From assembly GCF_006345805.1 (NCBI RefSeq), contig NC_043005.1, positions 41,106,001 through 41,170,000 of the forward strand: 64,000 nucleotides of DNA, written 5' to 3'. Of this stretch, positions 1 to 12,296 are shown piece after piece. The notes under the pieces were generated by a model. That model did not search any database, was not told the DNA's origin, and worked only from the letters and a program-made list of their open reading frames with translations. The position numbers and the translations under genes were made by a program. Every line of letters starts with the position of its first letter. Position 1 is the first letter of the stretch. This stretch comes from Octopus sinensis (lineage: Eukaryota).

Positions 1-1494
1 CAGATGTAATCAACTTAATCCCTTTGTCTGTCCTTGTTTGTCCCCTCTATGTTTAGCCCCTTGTGGGCAATAAAGAAATAACAAGGCTAGCAATTTTGAG
101 AGCGGGGCTAAGTCAGTTACTTCGACCCCAGTGCTCAACTGGTACTTATTTCATCAACCCCAAAAGGATGAAGGCAACATTGACCTTGATGGAATTCGAA
201 CCTAAGACAGACAAAATGCCACAAAGCATTTTGTTTGAATGCTAATGATTCTGCCACCTTCTCACCATCTTCAAGTTGATCATATTGACTTTACTCAAGA
301 ACTTGCTTAACTGATCCATGCTTCTTGAATCACTGAGTTATGAAACATACAAAGTCACACACAAATGCATATGTGTGCATCTACACATCATCACCACTGT
401 CCTTCTTTTATGCTTGCTTTTCATATTGGAATGGGTTGGATGGGACATAACTGCTCTCCAAGAAAAGTTGGAGGACTATGTCTTGCATGAAAACTCATTT
501 CTTGCATGCTTTCTATGACTGGACTCCTTTACAGAGTGTACTTAGTGCATTTTTACCAGGGCAGCAGTGCTAATATAGACATCATGTCTTCGATGAAACT
601 AAACAAGTGTTGCAAGTCCACACTGAACAGAGTGCACTTGGTGCATTTCCTCATGGCTCCAGCATGAGAGAGGACAGGGGTGAGATCACACTGGACAGCA
701 TAAGGTGGATAAACAGTGAGAGTGAGTGACAGATTATTTTTCCATGTCTGCATGGATCAGATGGGTTTTGTGGAGGCAGATTTTCTATGACGGGATGCCC
801 TTCCTGTCACCAACTCTCACCTGCTTCAAAGTAAAGTAATATTTCCCCATGACCAGATATGTTTTCATGGAAGGTTGGAAACCAAGGATGCTGGCTGCAC
901 AAGGTGACACTCATTTACAACTATCATGTAATGTCAAGGCAAGGAGACAGTATCACACACACACAGACACATGTACATGCACACAAAACACACACACAAA
1001 GACACACGTACATGCACACACACACACATACTACAGTCTCTTTGCAGTTTCCACCAGCCAAATCAACTCGTAAGGTTTTGGTTGGCCCAGGGTTGTAGTA
1101 GAAGTCACTTGTGTAAAATGCCACACAGTGGGACTGAACCCAAAACCACATGGTTGAGAAGCAAACTTCTTATCGTGCACCAATGCTTTTGCCCATACAT
1201 GCTCCACCCCCTACACAGTGCGCTTCTGCAGTTATTATTTACCAAGTTTTCTCTCAAGGTATTGGTTAGTCCCTAACTAGAGTAGAAAATAGATAACCAA
1301 AATGTCACACAATGGAACTGAACTTGAAATCACAGAGTTGTGAGACAAAGTCCTTAACTGCTTATTCATGTTACTAAAAATTTCCACAAGCTCTTTATGT
1401 CCCTCAAATAGTAAAAGCTGAAGTTATATCAGTTCATGGATCCAGTGTATACTTGTGTATGCTTGTGTACTTGAGCATTATTAAGATTAACAGC

Positions 1495-1830
1495 CCTCCA
1501 CCAGTTGCGACAATGAGTCTTCCGGTCGATCCAATCAATGGAACAGTCTGCTCATGAAATTAACATGCAAGCGCATGATCACTCCACAGATATGTGTACT
1601 CTACAGATATGTGTACCCTTAATGTAGTTCTTAGGGAGATTCAGCATGACACAGAACATGACAAGGCTGGCCCTTTGAAATATAGGTACTACTCATTTTT
1701 GCCAGCTTGAGTGGACTTGGGCAACGTGAAATAAAGTGTCTTGCTCAAGTACATAATGCACCACTGGGAATTGAACTCACAACCATATGATTGTGAGCCA
1801 AATACCCTAACCAGGAAGCCAAATACTTTC
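1495..1830 (-). mobile_element. tRNA-headed SINE, family E
   Basis: Contains CTTGAGCAAGACACTTTATTTCAC...TTTCAAAGGGCCAGCC on the minus strand. Related copies at ~16630-16945, 29590-29790, 52020-52175 and 59262-59545. Confidence 0.65.
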
Positions 1831-2057
1831 TGGTTGAGCATTATGGGCTAAAAATTATACATTAAAAAAACAAACAAACAAAAACCCTGGAAATTAAGAC
1901 AAAAAGGAAAATGACCAGAAAATAAGGATGCTGCATAAAGTGAAAGCAGTAAGATGACACATCCATGAGAATTATCAAATCAAGAATCTAATGAATGAAT
2001 TACAAACACAAACATCATAAGAACCCAGTTGCCCAATAACATAACAAATGTTCTCAC

Positions 2058-2169
2058 GTGATATCAGCATTAGCATGCAAACCAAAGCACTCGGGAGTGT
2101 CTTGCAGTGGTAGGGCTTCAATAGAAATTCGGTAGTCATCAACTGTCTTGCATTTTGGGATTTTATAAC
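2058..2169 (-). CDS. DNAH5: Dynein heavy chain exon (start of C-terminal domain), last exon found in the window
   Basis: Acceptor tttttctcAG, donor AC|GTGAGA; 112 nt, phase 1 to 2. (G)[36 protein letters not shown](T) has the LP..D.PE.FGLH.NADI motif. Confidence 0.95.
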
Positions 2170-2537
2170 CTGAGAAAAACGAAAATATGAAAAAAGAATT
2201 AGAGCTTTCAAAGCCAAGCCAACTAGTTTCATTGATATGCTTTTTTTCTGCTATTCTTTTGCTTATTTCAGTCATTTGTTTTTTTTTGAATTTGTAAGTA
2301 TGTCCAGGAATGTTAAATGCATAGCATTCAAAAGAGTGCCCAAGGTTGTTGTTGGAAAGATGGTGGATAATCTTGTGAATGTATACCAAGTCAGTTGCTA
2401 GATGTCGGAACTTTAATGTGTCCATGCCCAGGGAAGCAAGATGTTCAGGAAAAAGATAATTTCAACAAATCTAGAATCTATCATGTATGGTATTTATTTC
2501 ATTATATATATAATGAAATAAATACCATATAAGATAG

Positions 2538-2594
<57 letters not shown>

Positions 2595-2753
2595 TTTTAG
2601 AAAGTTGATTGCTATGGTGACTCTATCACTGGCCATAACTTTCAACTTCCTAAAGCATTGGTACCCAAACTTTTCACAGTGGTTCCCAGCAGTTTTCCCA
2701 TGGAGCCCTTTTGATATGCTTATCCTTATGTGTATGTGTGTGTATATGTATAT

Positions 2754-2791
<38 letters not shown>

Positions 2792-2980
2792 CTTTATTTA
2801 AAAGCAGCAGAAAATTCAACAAAACCTGTTACTCTGAGTTTCACGTTCCTGTTCGTCGGACAGTTTTTTGCTAGAATAGAACCGATATGTCAATTTTCTA
2901 GCAAAAAACTTTCCGACGAACGGGAACGTGAAACTCAGAGTAACAGGTTTTGTTGAATTTTTTGCTGCTTTTAAATAAAG
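2792..2980. repeat. Near-perfect inverted repeat (about 85-bp stem, about 17-nt loop)
   Basis: CTTTATTTAAAAGCAGCAG...GCTAGAA is the reverse complement of TTCTAGC...GCTGCTTTTAAATAAAG. I counted about 3 non-Watson-Crick positions, two of them G:U-compatible in plus-strand RNA. Confidence 0.9.
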
Positions 2981-3049
2981 CATATTACTCTACCACTGGT
3001 ATTTGAGTACTCTTTTTTCCACCTTGTTTCACATTTTTGTGTTTACTTC

Positions 3050-3089
<40 letters not shown>

Positions 3090-3318
3090 ATAGAAATATT
3101 AAAATAACTAAGTCTCTCTAAAAGAGAACAGCGGCAGCGTTCCCGGAAAATAATAGTTATCGCCATACTAATATGGCATTCTTATAAAAATAAGAAAAAA
3201 GCTGTCCGCTTATTAGCTCCATGAGGCCATCGCCTTAAGTTAGCTATTTGATACACAAACTGTATCCATATAACCTTCAAACAAGGGAGGTCAGTCGCTC
3301 CACACTACTTGACCGGCA

Positions 3319-3360
3319 GCTACAGACGCGTTTCGGGGTATTGCCCCTTTTCAATGCAGC
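3319..3360 (-). ncRNA. Minimal type I hammerhead ribozyme, U3:A8 core variant (copy 1)
   Basis: RNA reads GCUGCA-UUGAAAA-GGGG-CAAUA-CCCC-GAAA-CGCG-UC^UGUAGC. Stem I is GCUGCA/UGUAGC, stem II GGGG/CCCC, stem III the palindrome ACGCGU. Predicted GUC cut between 3325 and 3324. Confidence 0.8.
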
Positions 3361-3680
3361 GTAGCCAGCCAGTAGGTGTCGCTTCCGACAATCTCTGTTC
3401 GATGGTTTTATTTACCTAGTTTCGGTGGAATACATCCACTTGTTTTCAATAATAGAAATATTAAAATAACTAAGTCTCTCTAAAAGAGAACAGCGGCAGC
3501 GTTCCCGGAAAATAATAGTTATCGGCATACTAATATGGCATTCTTATAAAAATAAGAAAAAAACTGTCCGCTTATTAGCTCCATGAGGCCATCGCCTTAA
3601 GTTAGCTATTTGATACACAAACTGTATCCATATAACCTTCGAACAAGGGAGGTCAGTCGCTCCACACTACTTGACCGGCA

Positions 3681-3722
3681 GCTACAGACGCGTTTCGGGG
3701 TATTGCCCCTTTTCAATGCAGC
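3681..3722 (-). ncRNA. Minimal type I hammerhead ribozyme, U3:A8 core variant (copy 2)
   Basis: Identical 42-nt motif 362 nt away. Predicted cut between 3687 and 3686. Lies in the 60-nt loop between inverted arms 3509-3676 and 3737-3904. Confidence 0.8.
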
Positions 3723-4777
3723 GTAGCCAGCCAGTAGGTCAAGTAGTGTGGAGCGACTGACCTCCCTTGTTCGAAGGTTATATGGATACAGTTTGTGTAT
3801 CAAATAGCTAACTTAAGGCGATGGCCTCATGGAGCTAATAAGCGGACAGCTTTTTTCTTATTTTTATAAGAATGCCATATTAGTATGGCGATAACTATTA
3901 TTTTATATATATATTTGTTTTCATGAAATTTTGAATTTAGTTCATGGACCCCCAGTACTACTTTCACAGACCATCAAGTTGGAAACCACTGTCTTAAAGC
4001 ATATATTACTGCTCTAATATTTTAGCATGTGCTTTTTTTTGTATATATGAACTACTGATGACCTACATACACACACACACACACATGCACACACACACAC
4101 ACATACACACACACGCACACACACACACACACATGAGTGCACACATATGCTAAGGCAATGAGCATCAAAGGAAGACAACACAGAAATGACATGTTTTAAC
4201 AAATGTGTGTGTATGTATGTATGTGCATAGTAGAAGTTAACTAATGTCTAGATATGATTACTTCCATGGAAATTATAACTTTCTTCGATGTTACTATGAC
4301 AGCTTGTAAAACGAAGACAACTACCTGCTGCAGTTCCAGAATTAGGCAAGCTTTATTTAGACTACCTTTTCTAGGTAATTCTTGATTAACAAGTAAGCAG
4401 TTCTATCCTTGGAAAAGGGCTGCTCAATCACTTGAGGTGTTATTGAATCTAATCACTGAATCTGTCTATCACTATGGTTTGACAAAGAAGGCATCAATAC
4501 CCCAAGCTGGCAATATACAGGTTTGTAATTAGATATCTCCGACTAGTCAAGCCTGTATGTTGCATTAGACATTATTACAACAGGACTTTGAACTAACCTT
4601 AGTGTGCTTTTCAACAAATCCCTGTGTGAGAGAAATTGATTACCAAAAGTGAAGTATGCACAAAACTTCACTCACTTTTCAGATTGAACAGCTCTCTGCC
4701 TGGTGGTTCAGTAATGGCTGAGATAGACAGACACTGACTGAACCTCAGGTATTACATCAGAGTGTTATTCTCTTAGA

Positions 4778-5510
4778 CCAGTGGTTCTCAATAATTTTTT
4801 TTTATCTATGGATTCTTTTGATTATTATTCCATTCTGCTGGACCCCCATAGCCTCTCATTGTTTAAAAACTAGTTTTATGGCTTCTTCTTTCAAAATTCT
4901 CATTTCGTTTTTCATAGGCGTAGGAGTGGCTGTGTGGTAAGTAGTTTGCTTACAAACCATATGGTTCCAAGTTCAAGGCGTGGCACCTTGGGCAAGTGTC
5001 TTCTACTATGGCCCCGGGCCAACCAAAGCCTTGTGAGTGGATTTGGTAGATGGAAACTAAAAGAAGCCCATCGTATATATGTATATATATGTATGTGTGT
5101 GTGTGTATGTTTGTGTGTCTGTGTTTGTCCCCCCATATCGCTTGACAACCGATGCTGGTGTGTTTACGTCCCTGTAACTTAGCAGTTCGACATGAGAGAC
5201 CTATATAATAAGTTCTAGGCTTACAAAGAATAAGTCCTGGGGTTGATTTGCTCGACTAAAGACGGTGTTCCAGTATGGCCACAGTCAAATGTGAAAGAGT
5301 AATAAAGAGTAAAGAGTAAATTGTGTAGGATGAATTATGTAAAATATTAGAAAAAGAAACCTAGCTGTTTCTTGCAACAAATACATCTAAAGCAAAACTT
5401 TTTCATGGACCCTTAGAAATATATTCTCCGTCAACCCAATTTACTAAGTTGCTTGCATGAACTCCAGAAAACCTTATATGTACCCTGAAGGATCATATGG
5501 ACAGTCCTAC
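4778..5510. mobile_element. Possible hAT-Charlie-like MITE split by a SINE
   Basis: Begins CAGTGGTTCTCAA and resumes after the 4917-5320 SINE. A related terminal motif (GGAAACCACTG) is at ~3985. The far terminus was not found. Confidence 0.35.
4917..5320 (+). mobile_element. tRNA-derived SINE, family A (near full length)
   Basis: Head GGAGTGGCTGTGTGGTAAG, body GGGCAAGTGTCTTCT...GATTTGGTAGA, internal (TA/TG)n, tail (AAGAGT)n. About 15-20 related copies in the window. Confidence 0.8.
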
Positions 5511-5757
5511 TAATAAGGAATAGGGATCTGGAATAGGGATCCATCATTCCAAGATGTTTTTGTAGTATACTCATTCCATTTAATGAGTGTTACTATGTCC
5601 TTGCATGATTGCTGGATAATTGTTGACCCTATAATAGGTTCATGTGTCTTTTTGACAGGAAATGATTTTTGTCCTGCTGCATTCTATCAACCCTCCTCAG
5701 CACATTAGCTTGGTTGGGGGAACTGGTTTAGTCACTGATGATACAACCATGCAAATA

Positions 5758-6905
5758 CAGGGTGCGCTGAATAAATTGTTGTCTAAATTATGCAAAAATG
5801 AAAATAACACTGACATCTCATTTTAACAGATATATTTACCAAAATTACATAAAAATTTCTTGAAATACTAAAGAGTAAATTTTATTCAATAAAATCGCCA
5901 TTGGCTTCAACCACGGCCTCCAGACGACTTCAGAATCTCCTGCAGTTCTTCTAGTTTAAGTTGGTGAATGCTGCCATAATCCTTGCTTTCAGTTCATCTT
6001 TGGTGTGACAAGAAATTTTGTTGGTCTCTCACTCAACTGCACTCCACACATATGGAGGTTGCAGTCTCGGGTGTTAGGTGGCCAGATGTTAAGAGTGATA
6101 TGGTTGCAGAAATTGTCTGACAGCCATGACTGGGTTCTCCTGCTTGTGTGGCAGGGTGCAGAGTCCTGTTGCCAGACATAGGTTCTTCCAGCAGCCACCC
6201 TCTTGACCCAGGACAGCATTACCTTCTTCAGGTACTTGGTGTAAGCCTCCGTGCTGAGTCTGAGGCCATGTAGGAAGATGAATGGAGCCATACCGTTGCC
6301 ATCACTAGCGATCACTCCAAACACCATGATGTTGATTAGATATTTGATTTTTATCACTTTAAGTACATGTTCTGGGGATACAACAAGCCAATGGTTGTTC
6401 TGTGTGTTCATCATCTGAACCTGGCAGAAATTTTTCTCGTCTGAGAAAAACAAAAGCATATTCAGTCGGAGAAGATGCTTGAGTTTGTTCAAAAGCTTCA
6501 TACTCTGGTCTTTCCTCTTGTCTGTGATGGCTTGGGACAAAAATTGTCTCTTTCTCGTCTCGTATGAGGAATACTGAATGTCTTCATGCACTAACTGCCT
6601 GATAAGAAACTCAAACACTCCTGTGTTCCTGGCAAGGGACCTGATTGACTTGGAGGGATCGTTGTCAATCATGGCCTGGATCCTACCAACAAATTCAGGA
6701 GATTTTTCTTATCAGAATGATCAGAGTGAGTTTTCCGATCTGCCTTACCTTCATAATCACCATTAGACACATCTGACTCTTTCCAAATCCTCTGCACTGT
6801 CCTCAGATTGACAGCCAAACACTCTGAAATGTTTGTACTGGAGCTTCTGGCTCAAATGCCAAGCAGTACAACATGTCGTTTCCAAATTTCTGACAGAGTG
6901 AATTG
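5758..6905 (-). mobile_element. Tc1/mariner DD37D (maT-like) transposon relic with frameshifted transposase
   Basis: TA|CAGGGTG terminus at 5756. ORF 5989-6672 has FFSDEKNF, VMVFGVIASDG and WQQDSAPCH...WPPNTRDCN; spacing from the second D places the third D 37 residues on, where the frame breaks. The other terminus is degenerate near 6905. Confidence 0.88.
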
Positions 6906-7073
6906 TATCATGGTGCTGTTTTTCTCACAGATGGTGCCCAACTGACCCTACTATTCTGTATAGTCAACAAAATCAAAAATAAACAATGTGCATGCATGAA
7001 ATTAGAAATATAAAATGGTGATAATTTATCCATCACACCCAGTAGTTGTACTTGCTGAAGAGGGTTGCTGGCA

Positions 7074-7074
7074 C

Positions 7075-7139
<65 letters not shown>

Positions 7140-7186
7140 ACAGACACACAGACACACACACACACACACACAGAGACACACACACA

Positions 7187-7227
<41 letters not shown>
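7074..7227. repeat. (CA)n microsatellite with CAGA interruptions
   Basis: Directly visible. One of dozens of CA/TA/CATA tracts, for example 11310-11452, 13484-13702, 34312-34918, 43555-43860 and 50130-50520. Confidence 0.95.
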
Positions 7228-7229
<2 letters not shown>

Positions 7230-8465
7230 TTGTTAAAACTTGTCCTATAAACACTAAATGAAGCAGTATTTGCTTTGCAATTATAAGACAAAATAGAAAT
7301 TTTAATTGCTCCTCTAAACATAGAAATCAATCACTCAGAAAGATATTTTGAAACAATGGAAACAACTGCCAAAGTTACAAGAGTAATTGCTTGTATACCA
7401 AAGAACCTTCTTCACAATAGAAAGTACATGTGTCTTTCTTATCAGATGAACTGCTTTTGATTCTCTGATTCCCATAACACCTTCAAATAAATGGGAAGTA
7501 GAAAGGTGTAGTCAGAAATAATCAGTGTAAGCAAATTACACTGGAACAACAGAACAGAGAACAGTTATCTTTTATTGTCAAAGATATAATAGCAATTTTT
7601 ATAATCTAAAAATATATCCAGTAAAAGCAGCAAGGAAAATTAGATAAAAATTATTTCCTACAAAGAATGGTAAGCTCCTTTGCCCTCTTCCCCACATACC
7701 TTTAATAATAGGTTTGAAACACAGAAATTATAACATGTCAGTATAGTATATGATGTGTTTGTGAATTGTATGTGATATATACATACATATGTGTATTTGT
7801 ATATGTGAGAGTGTGCATGTGTGCATATGATTATACACATACGCACTCAGATATGCAAACACACATATGTGCAGGTATGTATATATATATATGTGTGCAT
7901 GTATATATATACATACATATATGCACACACACACACACATACCCCCAAACATACCTTTTACTTGTTTCAATTATTAGACTGCGACCATTCTGGGGCACCA
8001 CCTCAAAATATTTTAGTTGAATGAATCAACCCCCAGTACTTATTTTTTAAAGCCTAGTACATATTTTGTCAGTCCCTTTTGCCGAGCCACTAAGTTATGA
8101 GAACATAAACACACCAACACCAGTTGTCAATCAGTGGTAAGGGATAAAAAACATACGTGAAGACAAGCATATACACACACACACTTTATTTGTGTATTTA
8201 GACTACCGTTGGTTTTATGTTTAGAAAATATCTTAATATCTTAATTTTTCAAGCCAGTCACATGGTGGAATGGTGTTCATCTCCATTTTGGACTAAAACA
8301 CCAAAAATACCATTCCTCCATGTGATTGGCTTGAAAAATTAAGACATTATGATATTATCTTAACATGAAACCAATGGTAGCTATTATACACAAATAAAGA
8401 ATATTTCTCCACCAATACAGTGTTGAGCACTCATTCACATTGCTTGACATTTATATACATATTAC

Positions 8466-8519
<54 letters not shown>

Positions 8520-8864
8520 CACAGAAACTTATATCTATTCTTTTCTCCTTTAGGCACAAGGCCCGAAAGTTTTGGGGAAGGAGCCAGTCAATTAGATCAA
8601 CCCCAGTACACAACTCGTACTTAATTTATTGATCCCGAAAGGATGAAAGGCAAAGTTGGCGGAATTTGAACACTGAACATAAAGACAGATGAGATACCGC
8701 TATGCATTTTGCCTGGCATGCCAATGTTACTACTAGCTTGCCACCTTGGAAACTTATAGTTATTAGCAATATAATGTGTGAATGATAGCATCATAGTTAC
8801 ATGTTTTTTTATTAAGCCAATCATTAGTTCACTACATTTCTGAGAGTGAGAGTAGGTACAAGAA

Positions 8865-8972
8865 AGTGCCTGTAACTCAGAGCAGAACAGACTGAAATTA
8901 ATTCCATTTACGAAATATTCAAATACCAATTCTGCAGCGAGGAAATTTGGGATAAATGAAAAGATGGAGTAA
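8865..8972 (+). mobile_element. pogo-like transposase N-terminal (Brinker-type DNA-binding) relic
   Basis: Translates SACNSEQNRLKLIPFTKYSNTNSAARKFGINEKME*, resembling the recalled pogo motif KLKVI.FA..N.AAARKFGINEK. Truncated by a stop. Confidence 0.5.
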
Positions 8973-9989
8973 AATTAGAAGTAACAGCATTTCTTAAAAT
9001 GCTGTCTAAGAATAAATGTGCTACAAGAATTGGCAAAAGTCTGTCTTATAGTGTGCACTCCTCTTACCAAATGTCATACAAAATCAACTTGCATCTTATA
9101 CATACAAATTCAGAGTTAGAGTTACTGGTGTGAAAGGGTCTCCCGAAACTGAGGTGATTTTATAAGCTTGTATGCCTGATATGCTATCAAATGTGTGGTA
9201 CTTAGAAAGTTCGATCAACTTAAACTATAAAAATGTCTATATAGTTATCTAAAGTAGTGTTTGGTACTCAAATCAGATGAAAGTAGAAGTTTTAAAAGTG
9301 TATGGCCTTTTTGCTGAATGAAGATGCATAATTTTGTGTTGCAACAGGAAACTAAAACATAGACTAAAAATGCTGTGCTATCATAAAAACCACAAATGAC
9401 ACTCATATCATAGTTATTTGGCTGCTGTCTGTCATTGCTGCTGTTCTGATTATAATTTATTGGGTATCAGCTGTTTGTAATAGCATATCGTGTAGTGTGT
9501 GCATTTATTTATTCTGAATTTTTATAAAAATTTTATTACAATCAATGATAAATGAATTAAAGAAGTTTACCAAACATGAGTTTTACTAGGAAATATTTTT
9601 GGCAGTCTGGTTTAGTTACATTATGTAAGCACACAGCAAGTGTTAGACTAGCTGTTCTACTTGTTTACCATTCTCTGGTAAAAGTTTCTAGTTTATAGTC
9701 AATACATCTATTGGACCATAGTTTTGGATACATTTTTTAAACTTAAAATTTCAGCTTATATGCCACAATTTACACTTCATTCTTTTATATTTTTCTATGA
9801 TTGAAATTGCTACTGAACACTATACATACATACACAATTTTTTTTTATTGTGCCTGAAGAAATGGGAAGGATGCATTTCCATGAAATTTAAATATGGTTA
9901 TACATCTTAAGTACTGTATAAAGGTCACACACATACATGCACACAGAGGGTATAAGAAGTAGTTGAAGATATACTTGGTAATTTAATAA

Positions 9990-11200
9990 AACAACTCTAA
10001 TCTAGCAAAAAGCAAATGTATTTTAATAAAAATTTGTGCACATGTTCTTGATAAGCTTTCTTATAATGCTATTCTATGAATTCCTCTTTACTCCAACGAC
10101 TGCTCCAGTATAGTCTTGGAGTCATTGACATATTTGCACTAAATGGTCCTTATTCATTTTGGACACCTCATGGACATTGGTGGCCTTTAATGAAGCTATG
10201 GAGTGATAAGAATGTGAATTAGTCTTCCTTTCATCAATGCTTTAAATGCAGTAATTCATAGGATTTAAATCTTATGAGTTTGGAGGCCACAAGTTTGGTG
10301 TTACATGATCATAATGATTGTCTGATATCCGTTCTTGAGTTACACGGGTTTTAGAGGAAGGTGCTAAGCCTTGTTGAAAAACATATGGCCTTCAACTTAG
10401 TACTTCATCCATACAAGGCATAACAACTGTCTCCAGCCCCTAAACATCTCTGCAGTATTAATTCTAAGACTCTGTGAAATGATGTGAGGCTGCATGACAT
10501 GACCTTTCTAAATCACCATTCCTAAAACCATCACACTTATTCGAAATGTAGTGTACATCACTGTGGGAACATCAGAAGAATTTGTGAGTAACCATCTGTC
10601 ATTTCTACTATTAGACTTCCGGCCTTGGTCAAAGTTTTCCTCATCAGAGAAGAACCAAAGTATATAATGTTCACTATGGTTTTTAATCTTGTGAAGTAAC
10701 TGCTTGGCATAGATCAAACAGTTTCTAAGTATCTTTATAGACATGAACAAGCTTCTCTTCAGTATATATAACTTGCATCAAACGTCTTTGTGTACACAGA
10801 TTTGACAGTCCTCTCAAACACCTGAAGCTCTTTGGCAATGGTCCTCATTGATTTCCTGGGATCATTATCGATAATACTTTGAACTCATTGGATGAATTAT
10901 GGTGTCCTTATAGTGGCTAAATGTTTAAAATACTTAAAAATACTTTTCAAACAGTTGAAACATTCCTGCCAGAGGCTTTCAGTTCCATCCAAACTTTGTG
11001 TAGAAAAATCTTGCAGCATTTAGAAAGTTTACAATTTCTAAATTGCTGTGTTCTGCATTTATTGCAGCAATGACTGCATGTCTTTTCTTTTCTTGTGTTA
11101 ACATTTTTATCTGCCATGAGAGAGGGTTGCGGTTGGCAAAGCTGAAAGAAATTAAAAACCTAATTGGTTTGAAGGGTGTAACACATTGATAGTTGAGCAT
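9990..11200 (-). mobile_element. Decayed DD37D-type Tc1/mariner transposon
   Basis: Fragments EKKRHAVIAAINAEHSNLEI (N-terminal HTH) and WFFSDEENFDQGRKSNSRNDRWL...VMVLG, with many stops. Boundaries approximate. Confidence 0.7.
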
Positions 11201-11341
11201 CTTCAAATACCTCTTGCACTCTGTAGATACAGCTGTCTAAGAATCAATGAGTCAAGAAAAAAACAAACAAACAAGCACTTGCATATTTCTCCATTTGGTA
11301 TATTAATATATATGTATATATATGTATATATATGTATATAT

Positions 11342-11429
<88 letters not shown>

Positions 11430-12296
11430 ATATTATATATATATATTTATATAGTGAAGGTGCATGGCCTAAGGTAAGTGTGTTGCACTCATGATCCTGA
11501 ATTGTAGTTTCAATTCCTAGATCCGTGGTGCATTGCATTCTTGAGCAAAGCACTTCACCTCACATTGCTCTGTGATCACTTCGATGCCTGATGCATGATA
11601 CACTGTGCACCTGTTTGGACAACAATGATTTGATATTGAGAGTGAACTTAATGTAGAGCACATATATTTGGTCACTATAAACAAATCATTTATGGAGATT
11701 GTTTAGCAGAAGATGAACACTCAAAATTGTCTGTGACAGGAGAGTCCACCGTCATATACATTACAGTGCTATAGATTCCATTTCAACCAGTTTTACCAAT
11801 TGGTTTCATAGATGTGAGTTTTGGAAAAAAGAAAAATACAATCTTAGCACTCCACTCAACAGAGGGGCTTGGTTTGTGGGATGTTGTTTATCACAACATC
11901 CATGAATTGGATGTAACACTTCTTAAACTCCAGTGGCAAACAGCCATGTCCATACTCTTCCTACCAGCACTTCTGATGAGTGCCAAGGTGGTTGAAACTG
12001 ACTGGCAAAGTTGGCTGTAATGAATCTATATTACTGTTTCGTGCAAATACACCCACTTCCACACACACGTATACCTCTATATTTGAGTGAGAAGTGCTTT
12101 TCTTTAATAAGAAAGCTCCAATTCAAGACATCTCCCTGCCACTTTATCATGCCATGTATTGTGCAAGTTTCACCTCTTTGACTCTGTATACAGTGCAGCA
12201 TATCCACTATCAAAGGACTTTGAAAGACTGGTATGAATAATGTTAGTTTTGTGCAACTACAGAAATATTAGAGAGTACTGGTTACGAAAAGCATAA

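Larger units (their letters stand above)
3089..3904 (-). mobile_element. Non-autonomous Penelope-like / retrozyme-like element: 362-bp tandem unit (1.8 copies) plus an inverted partial copy
   Basis: Unit 1 is 3089-3450 and unit 2 is 3451-~3738 (3 substitutions seen in the shared part). 3737-3904 is the reverse complement of 3509-3676. Flanked by (TA)n and carries hammerhead motifs, the partial-tandem and inverted pseudo-LTR layout known for PLEs. Confidence 0.7.

Noticed and set aside
553-753. 66-aa minus-strand ORF as the next dynein exon
   Set aside because: The expected YQ...LDTI..IQPK sequence is absent, so the next exon lies outside the window.
4917-4990. tRNA genes suggested by A- and B-box motifs (many sites)
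   Set aside because: All are SINE heads with no complete cloverleaf; I found no bona fide tRNA or rRNA.
5989-6672. 227-aa transposase ORF as an active or domesticated gene
   Set aside because: It lacks the N-terminal start, is frameshifted before the third catalytic Asp, and one terminus is degenerate.
6908-7330. Cys/Val- and His/Thr-rich ORFs (also at 23.1, 33-35, 43.5, 46.3, 50 and 62 kb)
   Set aside because: Translations of (CA/TG)n and (TA)n microsatellites, open in several frames at once.
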